A stretch of 62,864 nt of DNA, counting the filler, from Choristocarpus tenellus KU-1152 (taxonomy: Eukaryota; Protista; Phaeophyceae): NCBI GenBank assembly GCA_964200185.2. It is 10 parts of 10 records of this genome, joined end to end, with 100 filler letters (N's around TTAATTAATTAA, not from the genome) between each part and the next. Parts side by side here need not be neighbours in the genome. Positions count along the whole stretch, not along the records: positions 1 to 2,584 come from CAXNAD020026547.1; positions 2,685 to 6,570 come from CAXNAD020017369.1; positions 6,671 to 11,893 come from CAXNAD020011454.1; positions 11,994 to 15,574 come from CAXNAD020019127.1; 6 more parts are not named here. One strand, 5' to 3'. The notes beneath the pieces are model-generated. The model was not told the DNA's origin. It saw nothing but the letters and a program-made list of their open reading frames with translations, and ran no database searches. Positions 1-12,888 of the stretch are shown in pieces. Numbering within the stretch: the stretch's first letter is position 1; each line of letters opens with the position of its first letter. Position numbers and translations under genes: made by a program.

Positions 1-588
1 CAATCTCACCTCCCCTTCTTCCCTGGCGTCCTCGTCGATGGCTACCTCCACCTGCTTCGCGACCTCTTCAAAGTAAAGGATTTGGTGGTATCGAAAAGTC
101 TCCACGGCTGCCTTTGTTTCGATCGCTTTCTCCTCCGCCTTGCGAGCCCTTTCGACCTTATTTTGACCTTCAGAGCCCTTGTACCCCACCCCTAACACCT
201 TCGTTCTCATTTCCTTAAGCCACTCCAGCTCACACAGTTTCCAAACAGCCAGGGCCTGCTGCAAGTGTCGACTACTAAGATGTTCTACACCCGGGTTTTC
301 GCTTAGGGGTTTCCTGAGCGCAATGGCACGCAGTGACACTGCTCTCTTCTGCAACCTTTCCTTCGGGCGGCCACCCTGATTCTCCCTTCGCCTGCCATGA
401 CCAGGCTTCCCCACAGACTTCGTCACTGTACCACCTGGTGATGGACTTGCCGCTCTCTTCCAGCTTTCCCGAGGCGGTAGAGACTGCAGAGCAGTGATCC
501 GACGTGGTTTAAGATCCAACCATGTTTGTGTGGTAATGCTTTCAATGCATCTTCTCTCAGCATCAGTGCTGCGGCCCTGTGATCCATT
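1..588 (-). CDS. Open frame of about 195 codons running off the window start; unknown product, possibly a TE ORF or exon
   Basis: Minus frame ending at base 1 has no stop from about 588 (…ERRCIESITTQTWLDLKPRR…HLQQALAVWKLCELEWLKEMRTKVLG…YFEEVAKQVEVAIDEDAREEGEVRL). No recognisable motif. Confidence 0.3.
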
Positions 589-605
589 TCACAATTTGAT
601 TATGC

Positions 606-782
606 TCTGAACAACTATGGGAAACTACACTAGACCATAATAAGCGCACGTTACTACAAGTAAAAGTTAGTGATATAGATGATACAGAAGAAATCATCTC
701 AACTCTAATGGGAGGAGTAGTAGAACCTAGACGTGATTTCATTAATACCAATGCACTAAACGTATCTAACTTAGATGTATAG
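606..782 (+). pseudogene. gyrB: Bacterial (Rickettsiales-like) DNA gyrase subunit B C-terminal fragment embedded in host DNA
   Basis: Translates [58 protein letters not shown], the GyrB C-terminus (QLWETTLD…RTLLQV…STLMG.VVEPRR.FI..NAL…NLDV). AT-rich, no intron, no 5' portion. Confidence 0.93.
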
Positions 783-1375
783 TCGTTTAATTTAAATTTG
801 GGACGGCGCGATAAGTAAATGCTGCTGTGCCACCCTACTCGCACTTTCTCATCACTTAACATAGTACTGAGTGTCACATGGGTACTTGCTTTTCCGTCGC
901 CTCTCAACAGAGAAGGTGCCGAGGGTAGACCCAGGGGGTAGAGTGGCCTCGGCGGCTCTCCTTGTCTCACCGTCGTAGTTCATGTAGCTGTGTAAGTCAA
1001 TCGTGTGTGTGCTCACAGAAAGTCTGCAAAAGGCGTTTAGAAGATGTCTGGAAGTCTTTTTTTTTTTCTCGGTATTGCCACACGGCCAAACTTAGGCAGT
1101 GATATACCCCGGACCAATTTGTTGCAGAGAGTTCAGCCAACCACTTCATTTTTGTCCGTTTTGAAGTTGTGACCTTCAAAATTGCGCCGTAGATGTTCCT
1201 CCGCGTTTTTTCCACTATTTGATCGAGACACAGCTCCCGTTCGCCGAAGCCTGGACATTTGTGGATACAAATCTTTATAAGCTCTTGTCATACACTTTCA
1301 TTTGATATGTATATATTGTTGTATAACTGTTACGGCGATGCAGTGAAAAAAACAAGATTGTCACAGAGGGCGAAG

Positions 1376-2340
1376 CTACTGGGACCATTTTACTATCTGA
1401 TAGGCGAACACGACTGGGTAACCTGGGGGGGAACAACATTCCCCGCACCTGCCCTGGAGGTCCACATCCTGGCAGCTCATGACACCAGGATCACAAGGAG
1501 GGCTCAACATGAGATCACACGCCTCCTGAATGGGATCCGTTTTGACTCCTTCCGGACACAACTAACCAGCCTACCAAGTGAAGTGCAACAGGGAAAGGAA
1601 AGTTTCTCGTTAGCCCTAGCGCACCACCGGAGGCAGTGTGGACAAGTGGCAAATACATGGGCCTCAACACAACCCCTGGAGCCGGCATGCCAGATCCCTC
1701 CCGCAGAGTTTAAACTCACTGCTAGCAGATCCCTAGGGAGGGAGGAAGCCCTATCGCAAACAGGTACCAGTGACTGGATGAAGGAGGCAAAATGTCGACA
1801 CCAGCCATGCCCATACCTGTCGCAGGGCAGGAGGCCAGATGCGACAACACACACCTACGGTGAAACGCCTAAACCAACTATGCAAGGGAATGGGCACCCC
1901 TTGCACTACGGATGATGGCAGCCCCTTCATGGTAGACAGGAATTTCCGCATGGATCTGGTCTTTCATGAAGGGGCACTTGTGGACGCCGGAACAGCCCCC
2001 GACCGGGACGAAGGCCTCCTGCTAGATGTTACATTCATCCACCAGCAATGGTGTAGCTGCTGCTTTAGCGAAGGCACGAAAGCGCCCCCACTACGAGGGC
2101 TCTTTTGTCCCTTGTAGTTATAACCTCAACACCTTTGCGGTGGAAAGGTTTGGGCACCTCGGCAAGCAAGCGGAACGTTTCCTGGATGAGCTGGCTACAC
2201 ATGCGATGGAGGAACTGGAGGCTATTGCAGGAAAGGGGCGATCAAATCCCGTCTACGTCAAATAGTCTCGGTAACAACGCAGGTGGCACTATCTAGACGT
2301 GTCATGCGTTTTAAGCTGGATTCACCAGGGAGATGGGCAA
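1376..2340 (+). mobile_element. Decayed 3' part of a non-LTR retrotransposon with restriction-like endonuclease (CRE/R2-type)
   Basis: Frameshifted reading HAHTCRRAGGQMRQHTPTVKRL…FRMDLVF…LLLDVTF…FAVERFGHLGKQAERFLDEL fits the zinc knuckle plus REL endonuclease end of such elements. Second copy near 11.1-11.8 kb. Confidence 0.7.
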
Positions 2341-2559
2341 GGAGGGTTTTGCTGGATTTTTGGGATGCTTCCCTAGCTCCTCACCCTGGAGTGCAGGAAT
2401 AGGTAGATTGGGGGTACAGGAAGGTAGCTGTACAACATAGTAGTGAAATAACAAATAGATCAGTGCTTTTCACATTTGTGACATATTTTACTTTTTTAGG
2501 GATTTTTCTGACATGTGAATAGTTTTTCCTTGGTTTTTCCCCTCACACATCTACAAAAT

Positions 2560-2584
2560 GACCTAAAGTATCTGGGAGGGGGGG
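2560..2584. mobile_element. MITE family A terminus truncated at contig end
   Basis: GACCTAAAGTATCTGGGAGGGGGGG matches the TIR of full copies. Confidence 0.65.
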
Positions 2585-2684
2585 NNNNNNNNNNNNNNNN
2601 NNNNNNNNNNNNNNNNNNNNNNNNNNNNTTAATTAATTAANNNNNNNNNNNNNNNNNNNNNNNNNNNNNNNNNNNNNNNNNNNN
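2585..2684. other. Artificial contig linker (N-run, TTAATTAATTAA, N-run); also at 6571-6670, 11894-11993, 15575-15674, 20628-20727, 35932-36031, 45848-45947, 50821-50920, 55563-55662
   Basis: Same 100-bp spacer with six-frame stop codons nine times. Confidence 0.98.
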
Positions 2685-5216
2685 GGGGGGGGGTAGGGGC
2701 ACGGTGTTGCTCTTGGGGAGGCTACTGTGCCTATAAGGGAGTGCGTTGTGATGGGGGGGGGGGTGTTTTTTGCATGCAGGGAGGAGGTGATAGTGTACCC
2801 TTTGCGTCGTGATGGACTGCTTAGCTGTCTGTGCTCTGTTGGGAAGAAACATGTTGGTTTTTGAAATATCTGTGCAGAGTCTGATTATTGTTGTTATTAT
2901 TATTATTATTATTATTCTGTGGACCTGTGCGAAAACGACAAACAGCACTTGGTCAGTTTCTCCAATAGCACAAGGTGCTTCTACTGTGAAGAGTACAATT
3001 GACCCCGGTGCAGTTTGTTGCTTTTTTGTGTAGTCCCTGTGAGTTGAGATAGCAATTGTACTTTCGTACTGTTATTGTAGAAGGCCGTAGAGGAGCCCTC
3101 TTGCCTTTGCCATGAGACATTAGGGTGATGATAGCGATGCTCCCCCCCCCGCGGGTGCCTTTTTTTGTATTTACTGAGCTGCTTTTTGGATATTTTCCGA
3201 CGAGTGAGTAGAACAGCACCGGATTGTTCTTGATACCATTGGAACATGTTCTACTTCTGTTGACTCAAGAAGGGGTCTGGGAACGTCACTTGCATTCCAA
3301 CTCAATAATGCGAGAGAGAGAGAGAGAGTGATATGTCTGTTGTACTGATCGATTTATCTGGTTGACCCTAACCCTAAGTTCCGACAGCAAAAGAGCTAGC
3401 CCTAACCCTAAACAAAATCTTAAGTAGTAGTTGGCGCTAGTAGTATACACTCCACGTGATGGGTAATGTAGGGATGGATCTGCTTCCCACATTTCATCCC
3501 TCCGTGTTTTTGTGAATGCTTGCATCATAACCTATTGCTCATCGTTTGAAAAGTGGTGAGGGACAAAACGCGGTCGTTGGTATCCCTGGGAGGCGTTTTT
3601 CCAGAAGAGTTGCTTGTGGGGAACAAAAAACAATATGTTCTGTGGTCTGGAAGTAACATCAGATGAGAGAGGACCTGGACCTTGAGAAAATAATCGAGCT
3701 TTAGTTTGTGCCGGTCTTTCAAGAGAGAGAGAATAGTTGTGAGGAAATCAGAGAGCATGGTTTCGATTAAGAATAGGAGCGAATTCACGGGATGAAATCG
3801 GCACGAACAAGATAGCACTGATGGTGTTTGTGTGTTGTTGGTTTTGCTCAAGTTTGTTCTGTATTGCCCTTTCCACCACCCTTGTAGTCCTTGTACTGTA
3901 TGCCCAGGGGAGGGGGGGGTGGATGGAGCGGCAAGCTGAGAGGGGTGTTAATGGCAAAACCCGTGAGGAGTGGAAGGAGGTCGCAATGTTGTTGAGAATA
4001 GAAAGGTTTTGGTTGAGAAGATATGTCGTCGGCTTGAGTGAGAGCTTTGTGGCGAGTGAGTTGCATTGGTGCTACTGATTGGTTGATTTGTCTACGAGTT
4101 TTTTGGATTCCTCGAGTTTGAAGACGTCTCCAGGGGTGTGATGGTGTGTTTCTTGTATTGGTTAAGAGCACGGCGATGTGCGATGAAGGTTATACTGGTG
4201 CGTGCATTGTGGTGGGCTTTCATCACACCCTGTCGAGAATATGCCTTTTGTTTGTGTGTAAAAGAAAATTCTGTAGGAAACAGTGTAAGGATGGAACCGT
4301 GTTTGTGTTCTGAAGAGTAGATTTTTTTTTTTTTGGGGGGGGGGTTGAAGAACTAGAATATGGAAGAGGCCAGGAATAGGAAATATTATTGCAAGTAATC
4401 TGTGATTAGTGAGTATTGATCGATAGAATAGGATTTGATTTGGTGGAAAGGTTCCCCCCCCTTCGGGCTTGAAAGCTCACTACTCCTTTCTCCTTTCCTA
4501 CTTCATCTACAACCTGTTCAACCCATTAAGGAATTAATCGAGCCATTTACATACACAAGTCTTGGGAACATGAGCTTTTTTAACGCACTCAATGACAGAA
4601 AAGGGTGCAAAGTAGCTCGGAAGTCAGTAAGTTTCCTTGCAGTGCGTGGCAATTGTATGGAAGAGTATTTGGGGGGGGGAAATCGTGCGAAGTCCCCCTA
4701 GCAGAAAGTGTCTCTTGAAAGGGTGCTTAGTCAGTTCGGCAGTTCCCTGAACAATATAGTTGGTGCCCCTGCCCCCACACTATCTATCCTCTCCTGCTAT
4801 ACAACTATCTATTGTGAAATAGTCATTGGTCGCCCTTGTGGATAAACTCTCTGACCTAGTGTGTGTCTGCTTCCCATTTGCCTTGCATCTTTTTTGTTTG
4901 ACCCAGCTGCAATTGGGGTAGAGGTGCCATCAGATATGTCACAGCTCTTGACGAGCGGTTCACAATACTCCTCAGTGACGGGAGATCACAGCTCTGGCTT
5001 CAGCTTCCCAGTGGAGGTTCGGGGCTATGACATTGTCGATGATGATATGATTGATGGCATGGAGATGTACAACAGGGACTGATGGGAGGAACAGTAGAGT
5101 TATGTTGTATTTGTTATAGTTAAGGGGGGGGGGAGGGAGGTGGGTGATATGAAGGGGGGGGGGGGGGGGTTGGGGGGGGGGGGGGAGGGGGAGGCCAAGG
5201 GGAGAGATGGGGGGGT

Positions 5217-5257
<41 letters not shown>

Positions 5258-6399
5258 GTTAGAGGGCTGAGGCTCAGGGGATGCCAAGAGGACAATCAGG
5301 GAGCTGGTGAGCAGGGGGGAGGTGTATGTGTTTCCGGCAGAGTGAAGGAGCTGAACTATTATGGTTGTGCGATCAACAGATAGATTTCAAAGAAACTGGG
5401 AAGGGAGGGGGGACATACAAGACCTCCTAAAATAGATTAATATTATTGTGGGGCTTTGGTACTTGTTGTGTTGTTGTGTATGTTTGTGGAGGATAGGGGA
5501 GGCAGCATGTCTTCTATGGTTGCCCAGATGAGTTCCACACCCGCTTGCTACTGAGCTGACAATAAGATTTAGCAGTTAAGGAAGTAGTGGGGAAGAAGGG
5601 CGGTCATTTGCGCATAGAGGGCTTCTTGTGATTTTCTCTTATTGCACAGCACAACAGAGGTGTAGGTGTGGCAAAGCTCTTTGGTGTCTACTGGACTGGT
5701 TACCTGATGCCTGTTTGATTGTTATCTCCCACTTGTGCATGCCCCTTCTGTTGGCACTTGGCACCCCCTGGTGGTGTCCACTCTTTCTTCATTTTGTTAT
5801 TTCGGTGACTTCCACCTATTGCATGAGACAGGTGGCCTAACTAGAGATGCACATCAATAGGGATAGGCAGTATTGGGAGCAAGAGGTCTATCTGTGAAGC
5901 ATGTTGTGTCGGAAAGAACATTGTTCGGTGAAGGCTGGAACTGATGCAGTACTACTGGAATAATAGTCCTGGGTTTTTGGAAAGCAACTACTGTTGTATT
6001 GCAGTAGACAGGCCTAGGTCTCTGTGCAGTGAGATCAACTCCTGTTGCTTTCAAGCTGTTAGGATACTATCAGTTACCTGTGCTTTAGTTTTGCGTTGTG
6101 TTCGCATTTTTATATTCCTTGCTCCTCAACACACTCTTCATAACTCAACCGCAATGTTATCTCCTCCTTCATGTATGTGTTTCTCAGCGTGTCCACTCCT
6201 GTGATAGGGAACAGTAATCACTGGTAAAGACGGCTTTGTGTCATTTTGGACAGGCGATAGAACTTGCTGTTCAGGACATCATGATGGGTTTTGGACATGA
6301 ATGCACTCTTGGGTCTGGTAAATATATACTATTAAGATGCTCTGTGTGATATACACTATTTTAAACAACCCCTTGTTGTCTGTCCCGGAAAGCCCTGAT

Positions 6400-6570
6400 A
6401 ATATGACGCCATCCTCAGTGCTGTTCGATTTGGAGGTTTCCCCCTTCAAACAGTGGATTTGGAGAATTGAGGATGGAGCAAAGCTATGAGGATGGTTTTT
6501 CTGCGAAAACGGTCTTGAAAAAGTACCGAAAGTTTTTTTTTGCAACTGTTTTTGCACTTGGAAGGGCCCC
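6400..6570 (+). repeat. Dispersed repeat C; reverse-complement copy at about 15675-15850
   Basis: GAGGATGGAGC…TATGAGGATGG…GAAAACGGTCTT…AAAGTACCGAAAG…TTGCACTTGGAAGGG is shared; both copies abut contig ends. Confidence 0.75.
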
Positions 6571-6670
6571 NNNNNNNNNNNNNNNNNNNNNNNNNNNNNN
6601 NNNNNNNNNNNNNNTTAATTAATTAANNNNNNNNNNNNNNNNNNNNNNNNNNNNNNNNNNNNNNNNNNNN

Positions 6671-6704
6671 ACAAACCACCCCCCCCCCCAAGATACTTTG
6701 ACCC
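6671..6704. mobile_element. MITE family A terminus at contig start
   Basis: poly-C followed by AAGATACTTTGACCC. Confidence 0.6.
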
Positions 6705-7834
6705 ATAGATGCTTGCAAAGACAAGAAAAATTGCAAGATGGAGATTTCAAAGGCAAAATTCAAGGCCCAGTTGAGGCATACTGTACTTCAACTTGAGAAT
6801 CAGTTGGACCAGCCGCTTTTCTGCCAACTGGATTAGTTGACAGCACCCTGGGGGAGGCTTGCTCGAGTAAGAAGGTGCCGTGTGGAACAAGCTGAAGGAC
6901 AGATCCCATTATAATACCGTCTATCAAGCTGGAAACCGATTAACTGTTTTGGACAAGAGTAATGAAGAGGACAAAACTTCGTTTTAAGTCCTTGTAACAG
7001 CCCACCATTCAACGCATCCTGCTCAACTTCAAGTCTGGTAAACTCCAAAACTACGGACTTGTGGTTTCGGTCCTTGTGACCACAACCAGCCTGCTTCTGC
7101 TTCTAGTCAGTTCAGTATAGTTCATCTCTCTAGCAACCTTTTCATCGTTAACTCCCTCTCACCATCATATATATCTAGCTGCAATTTGATCTTTTGAGTC
7201 AGATAAGGATGGTAGACATTGTGTAGAGCTGACCTGAATTCAATATTCTCCCAACATCATTCCAGGATTTTTCTTTGACCATAGTAGAGGACGGGCAAAT
7301 TCCCATCAGTGAGCACGAGGCACACGAGCAGACTTTGGATGACCTGCATGCCTACAGCGTTTTGTCCACATGAATCCCTCAAGAAACTCAGAATCCCAGC
7401 ATCATAACCGTCACTTCTTTCCTTTGAAACACTTCTCGTTGTAGCACAAATAGTACTTGAGACCACCTGTTCGTTTGCATCTCAATTCCCATTGAATTGT
7501 CGTTTCCATAAGACAAGTCACCGAAATACTTCTGAAAGTGGGTCAAGAACATGCATTTGGTTGCAGAGTATGGTTAGCTGTCTTCAATTTGTTCACCTTG
7601 TTATCCGAGTTGATAAGGAAGGTGGACCCAAACTCGCAAATTGCTTAGCCCATTTTGTGTGCTCAATGTAAGAGCCCGACCTTCAATCCTTAAGGCCATA
7701 TTAGTCTCTACCCACTCCACCCCAAGATTTCGATCCTTGGTTTTGACGCTGCAGCCCAAGCAGATGCTACGAGGTCGGGTGTTGAGTTTGGAGACATGTC
7801 ATATGGTAGTGTTTCGGTTTCTACTATCTACTCT

Positions 7835-8016
7835 GGCTTAAAGCGTCTGGGGGGGGGGATGGCAGCTGTCCATTTGGGGTCATTTTTTTCATGTCGCTAC
7901 TTTTGTGTGATTTGGTTGGATACGTTGGATGGATAATGCAAGTGCCCTTTTCCTGGTTATGGATCAAATGGACACCCTGGTGCAGACTCTCCCCCCCCCC
8001 CCAGCTACATTGGGTC
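7835..8016 (-). mobile_element. MITE family A (degenerate copy)
   Basis: GGCTTAAAGCGTCTGGGGG…CCCCAGCTACATTGGGTC; internal sequence homologous to 56904-57072; TCT on both flanks. Confidence 0.8.
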
Positions 8017-8744
8017 TCTCACCATGGCATACCTACTGTCACTAATGGTTAGAGCCAAAGTATATTAGAGGGTTGGGTCCCAGGCACCCTTCTTTTCTTG
8101 TGTGTGTAGCAGAGCCCACTCTCGGGGGTGGGTAATGTCACGGACAGGTCCCACTGGGAGTTGATCTCTTTCAGAGCCGCTTCTGCGCACAGTTCTTTCT
8201 CATTGATGATGCTCAGAACACCAACCGTTAGGAGATGTTCTTGGGGATCTTTCGAGCACCTGTTGTTCAGAGTCAAAATCATGTGAATATCCTGAGAACG
8301 GATACGAGATTCCCAGACCAGAATCATCCAAACATATTTGCTAGACTGTGAGTATCTGGTGGTGCGTCTCTTTCACTTGTTTCCTTAACTCTCTGGCGAT
8401 TCTGGCTGCCCCCCTTGGTCAATCGAACTTTGTGCCTCAGACCATATAATTTCATATCTTTTAACATCTTATTATTTCACGTAGCCATTATTTCTGCCAC
8501 ACGTGCCTGTGTTGATCTTTGGGGTTAGGGCGTCCTCCACAAGTGCTCATTATATTATTTTATAGTTTATCATTTCATAGAGCCAGTTCTGCCACAGATA
8601 CCCATTGTAACAAGACAACATTTGGGGGTTTCCACAATTATGGCGTGTCTAAATATAAATATCTCAATGGATATTTATGCGATTTTTTTATAACTTCACT
8701 CCATTCTCTGCAAAAACGACGCAATTGCGCTGTACGTCCATTGC

Positions 8745-9003
8745 GAGTGAAAGTATGTTAGAGGGTACAAGTTTTGCCCTCTTTGCCCATTTGGAGGTTG
8801 GCTTCCCATGAGTTTTTTTATTACATTTTCTTACTCCAAAATGTTTAGGAGTAGGTAAAGTGTGCATGCTATCAAAATGTGTGTCTGGAACATGGATATT
8901 GACACTTCCTAACAAACACGATAGACAAAATTACATCAAAATCGCAACATTGGATTTTGACCCCCAAATGGACGCGGCTCTACCCTCTAAGATACTTTGG
9001 CTC
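8745..9003 (+). mobile_element. MITE family B (259 bp)
   Basis: TIRs GAGTGAAAGTATGTTAGAGGGTA / TACCCTCTAAGATACTTTGGCTC; perfect 4-bp TSD TTGC (8741-8744, 9004-9007). Confidence 0.9.
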
Positions 9004-9779
9004 TTGCCCATTGACATATCTGGTTTATTTCCTTTGCTATCCCTTCTTCTGATATCCAGGGACTTCAAGTGCAAAATTACGGACCTTTTCTTGCTCTCTG
9101 TTTTCCACCTTGGTGGTGGCCTTAGTCTCCATCATATCTTCATATCATCCTAATCCTCCAATGCCTTCTCTATTGCAGCCAGACGAGGATCCAGGAAACT
9201 CCTGACATCGTACATTTCAGTTTTGGAAAAATGCACACCCATTCAATCTGTGCACATCTTTAAGGAGGAGAGCGTGTTCCTGTGTGCCTGTGTGCCCAGT
9301 GGTAGGTCCTGTCTGACTCGGTGCTATGTCCAAAAAGTGAGAGAGCTCCTAGCGTAGTTCATCTGAGTTTGGCTTCGAGCATCCCATTCACACCAATGAT
9401 GCCATCAGATAATGATGCATGAACCTGATCCATGCATCTCTACTTCAGGGCCTCGATGGTGTAAAATTTACAATTGAGTGATGGGGTTAGACTTGATGTA
9501 TTTGTCTGTTTATACGTTTTGTGTGGACTAGGCACCTTTATCTGCAGTATGTACTATGTGCTATGTATATGGATACCATGTAGCTCACACACACACAAAT
9601 ACGTATGTTGGTTCTCTTTTGCTTCTATCTATTTTTGCATCACATGTTCTCCTGCTCAATACATGTGTCACCTCTAATCTTTATTATCTTGACCTTCACT
9701 AATGTCTCTTTTTGACTCTTGCATCACCGACCTTTCCCATTCAATAATATTCTGTGCCTTTGGGAGTTTACATTGAGTC

Positions 9780-10500
9780 GTAAAGGACTAGATGTCGCCT
9801 ATTGTGTAAATGGAACCAAATGGAACTAATGGGTTCTCCTTTGCTTGCTTCTAAGTTGTACACGTACATGATGGTCAGATCGCCATGGCCTTCAATATGA
9901 ACGGAGTGCTGACCAGCAGTGACTATAAACAGTTATCCAACCGTTCGTCAACAATTCTTTAACTATCCAACAGCTAATAGTTCCCTTATCAGGTACTTTC
10001 CGATATGAATTTTAAGCAAAATCTTGACAGTGAAGGACAGACCTTCTGTGGCGGGCCAAAAAGAGCAACAATCAGTGCATAATACGCTTCCTCAGCCATC
10101 CAAATCTCCTTCTCGCTATATTCATTAGCACCAGTAGTTCCTCTCAGGAGCGCTCCCGATTGATTGGTCTTGGGGCAGTCAACACAGTCATGCAGTAAGT
10201 GTAATTATAAACACCTTCAAACGCCTCCTCCCAATCCAGGTTGTTGGAGTCGTTCAATAAATTAGGTGGCTGGGCCTTTGATCACTGCCCTTGCTTGTAG
10301 ATGACAATAACTCTTCTGAACCTTTTCTCTGGCTTACACTGCTCCTGACGCTAACCAACTGTCACCATCATCTTGGAAACCTTCACCTGAAATGGGTTCA
10401 ACAGGTCCGGGTTCGGATGGTACATAGCCAGCTGGCAGACACGTGCCAGGCACAGCGGCTTAAATGGCGGATTGATCCCAGTATTGCTTCAATATCGGCT
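9780..10500 (-). mobile_element. Possible highly decayed Ty1/copia gag-protease remnant
   Basis: Broken minus frames give LHDCVDCPK (knuckle-like) followed by GQHSVHIEGHGDLTI (copia protease-region-like); many stops. Confidence 0.25.
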
Positions 10501-10653
10501 CAGATAGGCCCTCTACAGTAGAGGAAAGTTATTTAAGACAATCTTTTGCAAAGGGAGCCTCACTTCAGCCCCTACCATCGAGTGGTGTCTCTTCTCCATG
10601 TGAAAACGTGACAACTACGGGCTAGAAACCTAGGGTTCATTATATGTGTTGAA

Positions 10654-10826
10654 GACATTAAGTATCTGGGGGAGGGGGGGGTCTACACCAGGGTGTCCAT
10701 TTGGGACATAAACAGGAAAAGTGCACTTATCCACCCGACGTATGCAACCAAATCACACAAAAATGGCAACATGAAAAAATTGACTCCAAGTAGACAGCCA
10801 CCCCCCCCCCTCAGATACTTTGAGCC
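10654..10826 (+). mobile_element. MITE family A
   Basis: AAGTATCTGGGGG…CCCTCAGATACTTTGAGCC TIRs; flanks TGAA/AGAA. Confidence 0.85.
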
Positions 10827-11119
10827 AGAAGTCCCCTAACTCATGTAAAGATAGGAACGATAACCGTAGGGATGTCAGGAGGAAGGCGACTAGCAACCTC
10901 AAAGCATATTGTAAGAACAAAATCGGTTTCTATCCATCTGCTCATAGACCAGAACATTTCTTAGTTTACAAGCTAATAAGTGTTGTATGCTGACCCTACA
11001 TGTATACTACTAGCAATCTCTGATACAGTTGGAGGTGTCTATTTGAACCCCTCTTACCACAGGTTGGGATTATCCCTGGTTATAACTAGGAGATGTAAAT
11101 ATTATTAACAATATACTGT

Positions 11120-11830
11120 GGGTAGGAGGACATTTACGCCAATACACACCATTGGTGAAGCGTCTAGGTCAAGTCTGGAAAGGAATGGGCATCCCTTGCA
11201 CTATGGAGGACGGTAGCCCATTCATAGTGGACCGAAATTTCTGCATGAATCCTGTCTTCATTGCTGGGCATTTGCGGACGCGGGATCAGCTCCCTACCGG
11301 GGCAAAGGCTTCCTTCTATAGATGTTATGTTTTCAGAAGTGCAAGTATCTCACCTACCACACCCATTCACCAGCAATGGTCTAGCTGTTGCTACAGTTGA
11401 GGCGTGAAAGTGCACCCACTTGCATATTGTATCCGAATCAAGTATAAGGAGGTATCGGTTTGACCTTAGGACTAGGGGGACTCTGGAGAAGTGTTTTTTT
11501 TTCTGGCCTCAAGGCAACAACATGGAAAAAGTCATGCCAAGAATGGCTTGGAGATGGTAGAAGGACGAGAGCAGGCCACCATGGTTGGCAGATGTTGATG
11601 CTAGGGCCTTTGTTGCAAATAGTGTTCGGTCTGTTTTCAACTTAATGCATCTGAACGTTTTGCATTATCTTGAATTTGGTATTCATGTCAGTTTTGTTTT
11701 ATGCTACTTCATTAAGGGTTCTTTAGAACCTCGTAGTTTTATAATCTCAGCACCATTGGAGTGGAAAGTTTTGGGCACCTTGGTAAGCAAGTGAAAAGTT
11801 TTCTGGATGAATTCTGTACACATATCCTCC
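11120..11830 (+). mobile_element. Second decayed REL non-LTR retrotransposon fragment, interrupted by about 300 bp of unrelated sequence
   Basis: GGHLRQYTPLVKRLGQVWKGMGIPCTMEDGSPFIVDRNF… and VESFGHLGKQVKSFLDEF parallel 1830-2200. Confidence 0.7.
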
Positions 11831-12888
11831 CACTAATAAAGATTTATTGCCAATATAGGGGTGGGGTGGAGTGGGGCAATTGGGGGGATGTGGNNNNNNN
11901 NNNNNNNNNNNNNNNNNNNNNNNNNNNNNNNNNNNNNTTAATTAATTAANNNNNNNNNNNNNNNNNNNNNNNNNNNNNNNNNNNNNNNNNNNNGGGTATG
12001 AAAAATTGTGGGAAGAAAGAATAAAAAAAAAGGGGGGAGGATGGGTTGGGGGGGGAGTGGGGTGGGGGGGGGGGGGGGGGGGCATATATGTAAGATAGAG
12101 GGTTATAATTAGGGGAGAGTGTGAGAGATCAACAGGCAAGGCATAATATAATCGCAGCACACACTAACGTTTAAAAAAACACTTCTACGAACTGTAAATA
12201 ATATTAGTGACTTCAATCTCCCCCTTCTAGATTGATACAACACAGTCACCCTATCTGGTTAAAAACCATGAAATCAACATCATTACTTTACAAGCATTGA
12301 CAACTTATAATATTACCATTACTATTATCAGTAATAATAACAACACTACAATACAACCTGCTCCCTGGTGTCTCTCAAGCAGTTTTGGGGCATGTGACAC
12401 AATCTGGGTGGTCTATGATAGAGGGGCTGCCTGACAAGTTAAAAAATATGATATATATATATACAAATAGAGTATCAGAGTGGTTCCGCACAGGTGATAT
12501 TGGATGTATGTATCCCATCCTGTATTAATTGAACAAGACACTTTTCTTGGGCTGAGAATGATTTGTGTTGGTAGCAAGTTAGTAACAACATGAAATGTAT
12601 GAAAAAATTACCTCCCAAAAACTAATTACATCCAATGGATCAAATGCCTAGCCAAGGCACCTGTCACGTTCAAAGAAAGGAAATACAAAGGAACAAAAAG
12701 AAGCGGGATAAGAAGGCACCATTTTTGTTCAAAAAAACAATACCTATACGATCACTAGTAGGGTGTTTAAACAAGAACATAACTCCTGTAACAGCAACCC
12801 ATACATCATTACCAACCCCCTTGCAACGTTTCAACTCTCCTCGCTCCTTCCTATTCAATGTCAACCAAAAATTATCCCTTCATCTCAC

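Noticed and set aside
563-970. 135-aa minus ORF in the track
   Set aside because: Its middle is the antisense of the gyrB fragment.
2629-2640. Recurrent TTAATTAATTAA motif
   Set aside because: Artificial six-frame-stop linker between contigs.
5120-5260. Long G-tracts giving poly-Pro/Gly ORFs or G-quadruplex candidates (also 12030-12080, 15484-15574)
   Set aside because: Low-complexity sequence at or near assembly breaks; lengths are unreliable.
2870-6320. Possible plus-strand exons (about 2877-3008, 4907-5066, 6254-6317)
   Set aside because: Splice-like borders exist but I found no consistent phase or recognisable product.
6720-8340. Broken minus-strand coding-like sequence (similar at 46200-46810 and 56230-56800)
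   Set aside because: Probably decayed TE or pseudogene, but no motif could be assigned.
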